Assembly (NCBI GenBank): GCA_002269645.1
Contig: NIVC01000884.1
Coordinates: forward strand, 310,001-374,000
Reading direction: 5' to 3'
Length of the DNA stretch: 64,000 nt
DNA from: Macrostomum lignano
Lineage: Eukaryota
The position numbers and the translations under genes are program-made. Every line of letters starts with the position of its first letter. The stretch's first letter is position 1. The notes below the pieces were generated by a model that did not search any database, was not told where the DNA came from, and worked only from the letters and a program-made list of their open reading frames with translations. Shown here in pieces: positions 46,053 to 57,737 of this stretch.

Positions 46053-49000
46053 TCACTTGAGTCCAATACCAAAGTTAATAGCTAGCAGCAGTTTAGCGGT
46101 ATCCTGCTCATTGCTACGCATAGTCTGGTTCCGCTCCGACTGCTCATTCTCAAAGTCAGGCCTGGCCTGTTTCAATGAATTCAATGCGGTCTCGGCCGCT
46201 TTACGCATCTGCTCGGACGTTCTCGGCTGAGCTTCAATGTTAGTGCCGGATTTCTGAAACTCGTTGCGCCTGTGCTCAACGCTCAGGTCGAGTTTAGTTC
46301 GCAGATAGTGCGGCACACTGTCGTGATTAAGCAGGCCGAGACGGCCTTCTGTGTGGTTCAACAGGTGCTGATCGAGCTGCGGACTCAGGCCAATTGGTAG
46401 TAGAGCGAAATCATTTAAACGAAGCTGCTTCTCGTTGCGCAGGGTGCGGTGCAGGGCGGAGAGCTGGGAGACGCACTCGGCCAGGCAGTTCAGAATCTGT
46501 AGTTGGCGATTTGTTTGGCGTTGTTGAAGACAAAATTTATCTGACACTTGCTTCACCTCAGTAATTTAAATAAGTTTGAAACATCAGAATCTGACAACCT
46601 CAGAGAGAATCTGACAACCTCAGAGAGAATCTGACAACCTCAGAGAGAATCTGACAACCTCAGAGAGAATCTGACAACCTCAGAGAGAATCTGACAACCT
46701 CAGAGAATCTGACAACCTCAGAGAGAATCTGACAACCTCAGAGAGAATCTGACAACCTCAGAGAGAATCTGACAACCTCAGAGACAGAATCTGACAACCT
46801 CAGAGACAGAATCTGACAACCTCAGAGACAGAATCTGACAACCTCAGAGACAGAATCTGACAACCTCAGAGACAGAGTCTGGCAACCTGAGAGAGAGAAT
46901 CTGACAACCTCAGAGACAGAATCTGACAACCTCAGAGACAGAATCTGACAAACTCAGAGACAGAATCCGACAGCCTCAGAGACAGAATCTGACAACCTCA
47001 GAGACAGAATCTGACAACCTCAGAGACAGAATCTGACAACCTCAGAGACAGAGTCTGGCAACCTGAGAGAGAGAATCTGACAACCTCAGAGACAGAATCT
47101 GGCAACCTGAGAGAGAGAATCTGACAGCCTCAGAGACAGAATCTGACAACCTCAGAGACAGAATCCGACAGCCTCAGAGACAGAATCTGACAACCTCAGA
47201 GACAGAATCTGACAGCCTCAGAGACAGAATCTGACAACCTCAGAGACAGAATCCGACAGCCTCAGAGACAGAATCTGACAACCTCAGAGACAGAATCTGA
47301 CAACCTCAGAGACAGAATCTGGCAACCTGAGAGAGAGAATCTGACAGCCTCAGAGACAGAATCTGACAGCCTCAGAGACAGAATCCGACAGCCTCAGAGA
47401 CAGAATCTGACAACCTCAGAGACAGAATCTGACAACCTCAGAGACAGAATCTGACAACCTCAGAGACAGAATCCGACAGCCTCAGAGACAGAATCTGACA
47501 ACCTGAGAGAGAGAATCTGACAGCCTCAGAGACAGAATCTGACAACCTCAGAGACAGAATCCGACAGCCTCAGAGACAGAATCTGACAACCTCAGAGACA
47601 GAATCTGACAACCTCAGAGACAGAATCTGACAAACTCAGAGACAGAATCTGACAACCTCAGAGACAGAATCTGACAATCTCAGAGACAGAATCTGACAAC
47701 CTCAGAGACAGAATCTGGCAACCTGAGAGAGAGAATCTGGCAACCTGAGAGAGAGAATCTGACAGCCTCAGAGACAGAATCTGACAACCTCAGAGACAGA
47801 ATCCGACAGCCTCAGAGACAGAATCTGACAACCTCAGAGACAGAATCTGACAACCTCAGAGACAGAATCTGACAAACTCAGAGACAGAATCCGACAGCCT
47901 CAGAGACAGAATCTGACAACCTCAGAGACAGAATCTGACAACCTCAGAGACAGAATCTGACAATCTCAGAGACAGAATCTGACAACCTCAGAGACAGAAT
48001 CTGACAATCTCAGAGACAGAATCTGACAACCTCAGAGACAGAATCTGGCAACCTGAGAGAGAGAATCTGACAACCTCAGAGACAGAATCTGACAACCTCA
48101 GAGACAGAATCTGACAACCTCAGAGACAGAATCTGACAACCTCAGAGACAGAATCCGACAGCCTCAGAGACAGAATCTGACAACCTCAGAGACAGAATCT
48201 GACAATCTCAGAGACAGAATCTGACAACCTCAGAGACAGAATCTGGCAACCTGAGAGAGAGAATCTGACAGCCTCAGAGACAGAATCTGACAACCTCAGA
48301 GACAGAATCCGACAGCCTCAGAGACAGAATCTGACAACCTCAGAGACAGAATCTGACAACCTCAGAGAAAGAATCTGACAATCTCAGAGACAGAATCTGA
48401 CAGCCTCAGAGACAGAATCTGACAACCTCAGAGACAGAATCTGACAACCTCAGAGACAGAATCTGGCAACCTGAGAGAGAGAATCTGACAGCCTCAGAGA
48501 CAGAATCTGACAACCTCAGAGACAGAATCCGACAGCCTCAGAGACAGAATCTGACAACCTCAGAGACAGAATCTGACAACCTCAGAGACAGAATCTGACA
48601 AACTCAGAGACAGAATCCGACAGCCTCAGAGACAGAATCTGACAACCTCAGAGACAGAATCTGACAACCTCAGAGACAGAATCTGACAACCTCAGAGACA
48701 GAATCTGACAACTTCAGAGACAGAATCTGACAATCTCAGAGACAGAATCTGACAACCTCAGAGAGAATCTGACAACCTCAGAGACAGAATCTGACAACCT
48801 CAGAGAGAATCTGACAACCTCAGAGACAGAATCTGACAACCTCAGAGAGAGAATCTGACAGCCTCAGAGACAGAATCTGACAACCTCAGAGAGAGAATCT
48901 GACAACCTCAGAGAGAATCTGACAACCTCAGAGACAGAATCTGACAACCTCAGAGAGAATTTGACAACCTCAGAGACAGAATCTGACAACCTCAGAGAGA

Positions 49001-49713
49001 ATCTGACAACCTCAGAGACAGAATCTGACAACCTCAGAGAGAGAATCTGACAGCCTCAGAGACAGAATCTGACAACCTCAGAGAGAATCTGACAACCTCA
49101 GAGACAGAATCTGACAACCTCAGAGAGAATCTGACAACCTAAGAGAGAATCTGACAACCTCAGAGACAGAATCTGACAACCTCAGAGAGAATTTGACAAC
49201 CTCAGAGACAGAATCTGACAACCTCAGAGAGAGAATCTGACAGCCTCAGAGACAGAATCTGACAACCTCAGAGAGAGAATCTGACAACCTCAGAGACAGA
49301 ATCTGACAACCTCAGAGACAGAATCTGACAACCTCAGAGACAGAATCTGACAACCTCAGAGACAGAATCTGACAACCTCAGAGAGAATCTGACAACCTCA
49401 GAGACAGAATCTGACAACCTCAGAGACAGAATCTGACAACCTCAGAGACAATCCGACAACCCTTAGTTAGCCAGGGAAATCGAAACCACATGACAGACAA
49501 GCGCAAACAAAGAATCAGGACAATTGCCGCCAGTCACCTTACCTCAGGCCAGGTGGCCGGACGCTTCTCGTCAACTTTAGCAATCAAGGAGCACAGTGTT
49601 CGCCGAATACCGCGCAGTCGGTCGATCAGCTCGTCAAGACAATCGTCCGAGCCGCGATTTCCGCCGCCGCCTTCACGACCGGCCAGCTGTTGATGCTGGA
49701 ACGGATCCGCCAT
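46053..49713 (-). CDS. MED8: Mediator subunit MED8, 204 aa; exons 49713-49543 and 46496-46053
   Basis: TWPE|ILNCLAECVSQLSALHRTLRNEK, LLPIGLSPQLDQHLLNHTEGRLGLLNHDSVPHYLRTKLDLSVE and DTAKLLLAINFGIGL match the MED8 motifs WPSVLD, TEGR, HxxVPxxLRTKPD and LVAAVxFGKGL. Donor GTAAGG, CAG acceptor, phase 0. The start codon lies inside the MED31 CDS. Confidence 0.9.
46585..49460. repeat. 20/22-bp minisatellite AGAATCTGACAACCTCAGAG(AC) filling the MED8 intron
   Basis: Direct reading; about 2.9 kb. Confidence 0.98.
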
Positions 49714-51002
49714 CGACGCCCTGCTGCTGCTGCTGCTCCTGCTGCTCCTGCAGTTGCTGATTGGCCTGTCTAGTTAGCAACCGATGCCGCTTAGGTATAT
49801 AGTGCTGCCAATGCAATAGGATCTGCTCGTCAACTTCCCTAGCTAGGCCTGTTTTAGCGATGTCTTTGCGAAACTGCTGATGCTGCAGTAGATCCAGCAG
49901 CTGCAGACAGAATGGGTACTTGATGTACTTGACGTAGTCCGCCTCTTTCCAGTACTGCAGGTAGCTTAAGTAGTTGATGAATTCGCGTTTCTCAAAGAAG
50001 CGACGCTGGGCTAAGAAGTTCAGGTAATTCGGATTGCCCAGGCACTGGACGAACTCTAGTTCAACCTGCGGGGTGGGATGTGGTTGGGATGAATAAACAT
50101 AGGCTGTTTAATCCTTTGTGTATCCATAGTTAGATGGGCGATTTTATGGGATAGATGGGCGATTCTATGGGGTAGATGGGCGATTCTATGGGGTAGATGG
50201 GCGATTCTATGGGGTAGATAGGCGATTCTATGGTATAGATAGGCGATTCTATGGTATAGATGGGCGATTTTATGGGATAGATGGGCGATTCTATGGGATA
50301 GATGGGCGATTCTATGGGATAGATGGGCGATTCTATGGGATAGATGGGCGATTCTATGGGATAGATGGGCGATTCTATGGGATAGATGGGCGATTCTATG
50401 GTATAGATGGGCGATTTTATGGGATAGATGGGCGATTCTATGGGATAGATGGGCGATTCTATGGGATAGATGGGCGATTCTATGGGATGATGGGCGATTC
50501 TATGGAGTAGATGGGCGATTCTATGGGGTAGATAGGCGATTCTATGGTATAGATAGGCGATTTTATGGGATGGATGGGCGATTCTATGGGATAGATGGGC
50601 GATTCTATGGTACAGATAGGCGATTTTATGGGATCTATGGGCGATTCTATGGGGTAGATGGGCGATTCTATGGGGTAGATGGGCGATTCTATGGTAGAGA
50701 TAGGCGATTTTATGGGATGGATGGGCGATTTTATGGGATGGATGGGCGATTCTTTGGGATAAATGGGCGATTCTATGGGAAAGGGATATGTATTCTGTTC
50801 CACAGGTTACAGCGGCCACCTGTACCCAAGTAGGTATTACCTGAAAGCGCTGTCGCTCTTCGTTATCAGCTCGAGTCTGCTGCAACAGCTGATGCTGGTG
50901 GTGCTGATGATGCTGGAGGCTGGCAGCGGCGGCTGCGGCGGAGAAGTGCGACGTCGGCAAATTGGAATGCGGCGGTAGCGGTGGCGGCTGGTTGGGCTTC
51001 AT
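49673..51002 (-). CDS. MED31: Mediator subunit MED31 (SOH1), 184 aa; exons 51002-50841 and 50065-49673
   Basis: EERQRFQ|VELEFVQCLGNPNYLNFLAQRRFF..FINYLSYLQYWKEADYVKYIKYPFCLQLLDLLQ..EQILLHWQHY, then a poly-Q tail and TGA at 49675-49673. GT-AG phase 0. Exon 2 is absent from the ORF track. Confidence 0.96.
50130..50780. repeat. 21-bp minisatellite GATAGATGGGCGATTCTATGG (MED31 intron)
   Basis: Direct reading. Confidence 0.96.
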
Positions 51003-51649
51003 GTGCCGCGATTAAATTATTTTGTCAATAAACAGTATTGATCTCAGCTTTTATTATTTACCATGAAATTAGTGCATCGACAGGTGCTTTTAGACTTAAG
51101 TTAATATAAGAAAATAAGTATGAATAAAATACACCAAAACAAAAAAAATACAAATTAATAAATTCAACAGCAAGTTAAACAGCAAACTAGCAGGTGCCCA
51201 AATAGTGGCATATTTATTTGTCATTAAGGTATTAACATAATTATTAGTTGTTCATATGAACAACTTCACACTATAATGTCCTAATTGAATTTGAATATTA
51301 ATTACTATAGTGACATTTCAAGGCAATAATTATATAATTATAGCATTGCAGAAAGCTATAACGCAAACAAAAAACTCACAGATGCGCAAGCACTGTTCTG
51401 CGCAACCAAAGTGATTTTGTACAGTCACTGGGCCGATATGTGATGCGCCGAGTCGAACTTGTCTAATTAATTATTGGGTATTTTACGCTAAACAAGTTCA
51501 TAAAAATATGAAAGAAACATAGCATTTGTGACGTTACTACACAATCTTGGATGTCCTAACATAATATACTTGCATATATCGCTATGAGTAATATAGTGTA
51601 GTTTTAGTTCCAGTCTCAGCGATTTCAATTGTCAATACAAACTACTTTT

Positions 51650-51737
51650 GCATTTATCTATCTACCAATCTACCTACCTACCTACCAACCTACCTACCTA
51701 CCTATCTACCAACGCTCGTACGTACCTACTTTTCTAA

Positions 51738-51821
<84 letters not shown>

Positions 51822-51826
51822 TTATC

Positions 51827-51892
<66 letters not shown>

Positions 51893-51930
51893 CCTATCTA
51901 AGTATCTATCTAGCTATTTATCTAGCTATT
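51650..51930. repeat. (TCTA/CCTA)n microsatellite
   Basis: Direct reading. Confidence 0.96.
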
Positions 51931-52264
51931 TTTGAAAAAAAAGGTTTTAGAAGATAACCAATAGCCAACATGCAGGTAGTGGAGACAGAGCTATATGGAC
52001 CGAACAGGTACATAAAATTTAAAATAGAATGAAAGGGAGAAGAAGAGAAAATAAAAATGCAGCAATTTTTGACCAACAAAGTTTAGCAGAAACATACAAA
52101 ACACATACAACAGCAATGGGCATTGATAATAACACAAATTACGCGTAAATTATAATTTAAAATTTAAAACATCTTCCAAAAGCAACTCCGGTTAATGGCC
52201 GTTTATTCGCTTATCGTCAGGTGTTTCATTTTCGGCAGAATTGGACAATTATAAGTTTAAAGCT

Positions 52265-52702
52265 CAGGGCTGGCTCAGGGGCGATTCTTAGACTGATGAC
52301 TCAGGGGCGATTCTTATACTGATGACTCAGGGGCGATTCTTATACCGATGGCTCAGGGGCGATTCTTATACTGATGACTCAGGGGCGATTCTTATACTGA
52401 TGACTCAGGGGCGATTCTTATACTGATGACTCAGGGGCGATTCTTATACTGCTGGCTCAGGGGCGATTCTTATACTGCTGGCTCAGGGGCGATTCTTAGA
52501 CTGATGACTCAGGGGCGATTCTTATACTGATGACTCAGGGGCGATTCTTATACCGATGGCTCAGGGGCGATTCTTATACTGATGACTCAGGGGCGATTCT
52601 TATACTGATGACTCAGGGGCGATTCTTATACTGATGACTCAGGGGCGATTCTTATACTGCTGGCTCAGGGGCGATTCTTATACTGCTGGCTCAGGGGCGA
52701 TT
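52265..52702. repeat. 26-bp minisatellite CTGATGACTCAGGGGCGATTCTTATA
   Basis: Direct reading; starts about 30 nt past the stop codon of the second SR gene. Confidence 0.96.
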
Positions 52703-52733
52703 TTTAAAGCACTGTTATATATCTTTGATGCGC

Positions 52734-53805
52734 TTAGCGACTGCGACTGCTGCCCCGACTGCTGCTGCCGCCGCGATTGCCGCGGTCTCGACGACGATCG
52801 ACGCTGCGACTGCGGCTTCGGCCACGACTGCGACTGCGGCTCCGGTCCCGATCGCGACCTCGGTTGCTTCGGCTACCGCCGCTGCCGCCACCCCGATCTC
52901 TTGTCGGACTGGGCGATCGACCGCCGTACTTGCCGCGGCCGCCAAGGCCGCCTCGACTCGGACACTCGTAAGCGTAGTGGCCGCTGCGGCCACAGCTGTA
53001 GCACCGGTCGTCGCGCGGACTGCGGCCTCGAAAGCCACCGCCGCCTCCGCCACCGCCGCCGCCTCCGCCACCGCCGCCGCCTCCGCCGGCAGCTGCGGGA
53101 CGCCTCTCGTGCTTGGCCAGTTCCAGTCTAAGTTGGAAAAAATAAACAGCTATTGTTGAATGTGTAAAGTCAAGGTGTACATCCTATGTGAGCGCGTGTA
53201 TGAATGGCAATCGATTTTCAAAGTACACACCCTGGCGCACTTTAAGCGACATTGTCACACAACCGGCGAGAGGCATTGCTGCCCATTCCGCCGACTCCCC
53301 TGAGCAGGCACACAAGCGCGCGGACACGTACGCAGTCATACGCACAGGTACACACTCACAGAGGAGTGTACAGCGGCCCTAACTTTATTTATCGTTAGTA
53401 GGCATGTACACTTCACTGTGCCTTGGGGGGTTGGCCATCAAGGGCGTTAATTTCACGAGCAGAGCCAAGCCGAGATTCCAGTTTAACCCCAAATTACGTA
53501 ATGTGACAGCAGTGACTGCTGGAATCGAGCCTGGGCCGGTGGCACATCAGAGCACAGCGCTAGACCATTAGGCTACGGGAGTCTCCTTACCTAGCCCTTG
53601 CACCGCGTATTCTTGGCGGACTTCTAACGGCGTCTTCAGCGTCGCGGCGTTCTCGAAAAGTAACAAAAGCATAGGTGCCGCGACCGTGCACCCAGACAGA
53701 TTCTAGTTCGCCGAAGCTGCGCAGCGCCGATTTAATGTCGCGTTCGTCCGCACCGCCTGGCAGATCGCCCACGTACACTCGGCGGCCCATCTCTTGGCGG
53801 GACAT
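52734..53805 (-). CDS. SRSF7-like: Divergent SRSF7/9G8-like SR protein (RRM + CCHC zinc knuckle + RS), 202 aa; exons 53805-53591 and 53127-52734
   Basis: RRM (RVYVGDL, GTYAFVTF..RDAEDAVR..RGARAR|LELAK), poly-Gly, CYSCGRSGHYAYEC and an RS tail; stop TAA 52736-52734. GT-AG phase-2 intron. Confidence 0.88.
53222..53583 (-). mobile_element. tRNA-headed SINE-like element, copy 2, occupying most of the SR-gene intron
   Basis: A box TAGCCTAATGG (53575-53565) and B box GGCTCGATTCC (53531-53521); long matches to copy 1, e.g. CGATAAATAAAGTTAGGGCCGCTGTACACTCCT and GCGTATGACTGCGTACGT. Confidence 0.78.
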
Positions 53806-53964
53806 GATTGAATTCTAGCTGTGAGACTGCGGCTGCCGATTGAGTATAGTAGTAATATAGCGGTCTCAGTGCAGAAATGTGAGCGAACACATTTTGATAG
53901 AGCTACAGGTTAGTGAGAATAAGGAGCATTGCACATGGCTTAAGGGGTAGACGATTATCTAGAT

Positions 53965-54640
53965 GAAGGGGGGGACTTCTGTTGGGGAATGGCTGAAAGG
54001 GGGAATTCTGTTGGGGAATGGCTGAAAGGAGGAATTCTGTTGGGGAATTGCTGAAAGGGGGAATTTTGTTGGGGAATGGCTGAAAGGGGGAATTCTGTTC
54101 GGGAATGACTGAAAGGGGGAATTCTGTTGGGGAATTGCTGAAAGGAGGAATTCTGTTGGGGAATGGCTGAAAGGGGGAATTCTGTTGGGGAATGGCTGAA
54201 AGGAGGAATTCTGTTGGGGAATTGCTGAAAGGGGGAATTCTGTTGGGGAATTGCTGAAAAGGGGAATTCTGTTGGGGAATGGCTGAAAGGATGAATTCTG
54301 TTGGGTGATTGCTGAAAGGAGGAATTCTGTTGGGGAATGGCTGAAAGGAGGAATTCTGTTGGGGAATTGCTGAAAGGGGGAATTTTGTTGGGGAATGGCT
54401 GAAAGGGGGAATTCTGTTCGGGAATGACTGAAAGGGGGAATTCTGTTGGGGAATTGCTGAAAGGAGGAATTCTGTTGGGGAATGGCTGAAAGGGGGAATT
54501 CTGTTGGGGAATGGCTGAAAGGAGGAATTCTGTTGGGGAATTGCTGAAAAGGGGAATTCTGTTGGGGAATTGCTGAAAGGGGGAATTCTGTTGGGGAATG
54601 GCTGAAAGGGGCAATTCTGTTGGGGGAATGGTTGAAGGAG
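53965..54640. repeat. 28-bp G-rich minisatellite GGGGAATTCTGTTGGGGAATGGCTGAAA
   Basis: Direct reading. Confidence 0.96.
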
Positions 54641-55324
54641 ATTCTGCAGAGGGAGTTATGGTGATATTTTTCTAAAGCATGGTTTTGAGGCGGTTCTTTT
54701 AATTAAAAAGAATATTAGAGACTCTAATAGTTAAGTCCTTAATTATGGCCTAGTAGGCTTATTGATCTCAGTTAGGACACGAGAAAAAATAAAAAAAAGC
54801 ATCGCAAAATGAACACTAGATACGACAGACATGAAGAGAAATTCAGCGGAATTCCAAGGGTCAGTATTAAATATTTTATTTGATTAGTTTAATTTTTGTT
54901 TCGTAATATAGTTGCCGTGAATTATACATTTTTGGTTGAGCTAATAGTTAATAGAAAATAAAAAAATTACAGCGTAGAAGCGCGACGAGCATGCTACTTA
55001 CAGTAATATAAATTGACAGCATTGTCCATAAACGTGGCTATTTAAGGTTATAACAATTGACGGCAGCCAATGAAACTTCATAAATAAACTGTTTATTACT
55101 AATATTAAGAGAAGGCAGTATTGCCTACCGTGTAACAGACCAAAAAGTTTAATTAGTTAACTAAATAACTTGAACAGACACTTTATTCTTACACAACCGG
55201 GTCATAGTGCGGCATTGCGAAATTATGACTCCGATTTAATTAATTATATAATAAAGTAATAATAATGACAACGACAAAGCCGACGGCTACTATTATTCCA
55301 GCCAGATAAAAACGCTACCAAGGG

Positions 55325-57075
55325 TCAAGGTAGCTTCTAGAGTAGCTTAATATGGCAATAGGGTAGCTTATAGAGTAGCTTAATATGGCAATAGGGTAGC
55401 TTCTAGAGTAGCTTAGATATGGTAATAGGGTAGCTTCTAGAGTAGCTTAGATATGGCAATAGGGTAGCTTCTAGAGTAGCTTAATATGGCAATAGGGTAG
55501 CTTATAGAGTAGCTTAGATATGGTAATAGGGTAGCTTCTAGAGTAGCTTAGATATGGCAATAGGGTAGCTTCTAGAGTAGCTTAATATGGCAATAGGGTA
55601 GCTTCTAGAGTAGCTTAGATATGGTAATAGGGTAGCTTCTAGAGTAGCTTAGATATGGCAATAGGGTAGCTTCTAGAGTAGCTTAATATGGCAATAGGGT
55701 AGCTTATAGAGTAGCTTAATATGGCAATAGGGTAGCTTCTAGAGTAGCTTAGATATGGTAATAGGGTAGCTTCTAGAGTAGCTTAGATATGGCAATAGGG
55801 TAGCTTCTAAAGTAGCTTAATATGGCAATAGGGTAGCTTCTAGAGTAGCTTAGATATGGTAATAGGGTAGCTTCTAGAGTAGCTTAATATGGCAATAGGG
55901 TAGCTTATAGAGTAGCTTAATATGGCAATAGGGTAGCTTCTAGAGTAGCTTAGATATGGTAATAGGGTAGCTTCTAGAGTAGCTTAGATATGGCAATAGG
56001 GTAGCTTCTAGAGTAGCTTAGATATGGCAATAGGGTAGCTTATAGAGTAGCTTAATATGGCAATAGGGTAGCTTCTAGAGTAGCTTAGATATGGTAATAG
56101 GGTAGCTTATAGAGTAGCTTAGATATGGTAATAGGGTAGCTTCTAGAGTAGCTTAATATGGCAATAGGGTAGCTTCTAGAGTAGCTTAGATATGGTAATA
56201 GGGTAGCTTCTAGAGTAGCTTAGATATGGCAATAGGGTAGCTTCTAGAGTAGCTTAATATGGCAATAGGGTAGCTTATAGAGTAGCTTAATATGGCAATA
56301 GGGTAGCTTCTAGAGTAGCTTAGATATGGTAATAGGGTAGCTTCTAGAGTAGCTTAGATATGGCAATAGGGTAGCTTCTAAAGTAGCTTAATATGGCAAT
56401 AGGGTAGCTTCTAGAGTAGCTTAGATATGGTAATAGGGTAGCTTCTAGAGTAGCTTAATATGGCAATAGGGTAGCTTATAGAGTAGCTTAATATGGCAAT
56501 AGGGTAGCTTCTAGAGTAGCTTAGATATGGTAATAGGGTAGCTTCTAGAGTAGCTTAGATATGGCAATAGGGTAGCTTCTAAAGTAGCTTAATATGGCAA
56601 TAGGGTAGCTTCTAGAGTAGCTTAGATATGGTAATAGGGTAGCTTCTAGAGTAGCTTAGATATGGCAATAGGGTAGCTTCTAGAGTAGCTTAATATGGCA
56701 ATAGGGTAGCTTCTAGAGTAGCTTAGATATGGTAATAGGGTAGCTTCTAGAGTAGCTTAGATATGGCAATAGGGTAGCTTCTAGAGTAGCTTAATATGGC
56801 AATAGGGTAGCTTCTAGAGTAGCTTAGATATGGCAATAGGGTAGCTTCTAGAGTAGCTTAATATGGCAATAGGGTAGCTTCTAGAGTAGCTTAGATATGG
56901 CAATAGGGTAGCTTCTAGAGTAGCTTAATATGGCAATAGGGTAGCTTCTAGAGTAGCTTAGATATGGTAATAGGGTAGCTTCTAGAGTAGCTTAGATATG
57001 GCAATAGGGTAGCTTGTAGAGTCAGTTCAATATGGTAATAGGGTAGCTTCTAGAGTAGCTGAACACGGTAATAGG
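55325..57075. repeat. 33/34-bp minisatellite GGGTAGCTTCTAGAGTAGCTTAGATATGGCAATA
   Basis: Direct reading. Confidence 0.97.
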
Positions 57076-57230
57076 TTAGGTACTGTTTCTCATCGGGCTG
57101 GCCATAATAGGTAGGCTGCTTCGAGAGCAGCTCCTTACACTGTCTATAAAAGCCTGCAGTTGGTTCAGTTTATCCAACATTCAAACCTGACGCCGCTCTT
57201 CGCCGCTCCCTCGCTACATGCTGCAGCTGT

Positions 57231-57737
57231 TCAGCTCCTAGATCGGGACCGGGAGCGAGTCGAGCGCGACCTCGACCGACGCCGCCGATCGTCGTAGCGG
57301 CCGCCGCGATCGCGGTCCCTGTCCCTAGACCGGTCCCTGTCGCGGTCGCCGCCGCGCAGTCGGGGACACTCGCGAGCGAAATGACCGGGCCGGCCGCACG
57401 AGTAGCAGCCGCCGCCTCGGCCTCCGCCGCCGCCGCCGCCGCCACCGAAGCCGCCCTGGCCGGGTCGGCGGGCTCGCGACCGGCCGCTGGACAGTTCAAC
57501 TCGAGCCCGAACTCCGCAGATGACGGTGCCGTCTAGATCGCGTACAGCGTCGCCAGCGTCGCGCGAATCTTCAAATACAACAAAGGCAAAGCCGGGCGGA
57601 TTGCGGGCAACCCAAACGGAGCGGACGGCGCCGTAGTGCCGGAACGCTTTCTCAATTTCTGACTCCGAAGCGTCGCGCGGCAGGTCGCCGATGTACACTT
57701 TGCAGCCGTCGTCGTCGTCGTAACGTTTGGTTGACAT
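57231..57737 (-). CDS. SRSF7: SRSF7/9G8 (SRSF3/7 family) SR splicing factor, 168 aa, intronless CDS
   Basis: [41 protein letters not shown] (SRSF3/7-type RRM), [14 protein letters not shown] zinc knuckle and RD/RS tail. AG acceptor 11 nt upstream of the ATG; candidate upstream GTAAGT donor at 58785. Confidence 0.93.
   Translation of the reverse strand: MSTKRYDDDDGCKVYIGDLPRDASESEIEKAFRHYGAVRSVWVARNPPGFAFVVFEDSRDAGDAVRDLDGTVICGVRARVELSSGRSRARRPGQGGFGGGGGGGGGRGGGCYSCGRPGHFARECPRLRGGDRDRDRSRDRDRDRGGRYDDRRRRSRSRSTRSRSRSRS

Noticed and set aside
46497-46556. MED8 exon 2 starting at the track's GTG (46556)
   Set aside because: The CAG acceptor at 46497 gives WPE|ILNCL, matching the conserved WPSVLD register; the extra 20 codons are intronic.
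52265-52702. Hammerhead ribozyme array (CUGAUGA in each unit)
   Set aside because: No downstream GAAA core or stem II/III pairing; the sequence has CGAU instead.
50130-54614. ORFs IESPIYP/HRIAHL and FPLSAIPQQNSP
   Set aside because: Repeat-derived; only 51002-50841 of the first is real (MED31 exon 1).
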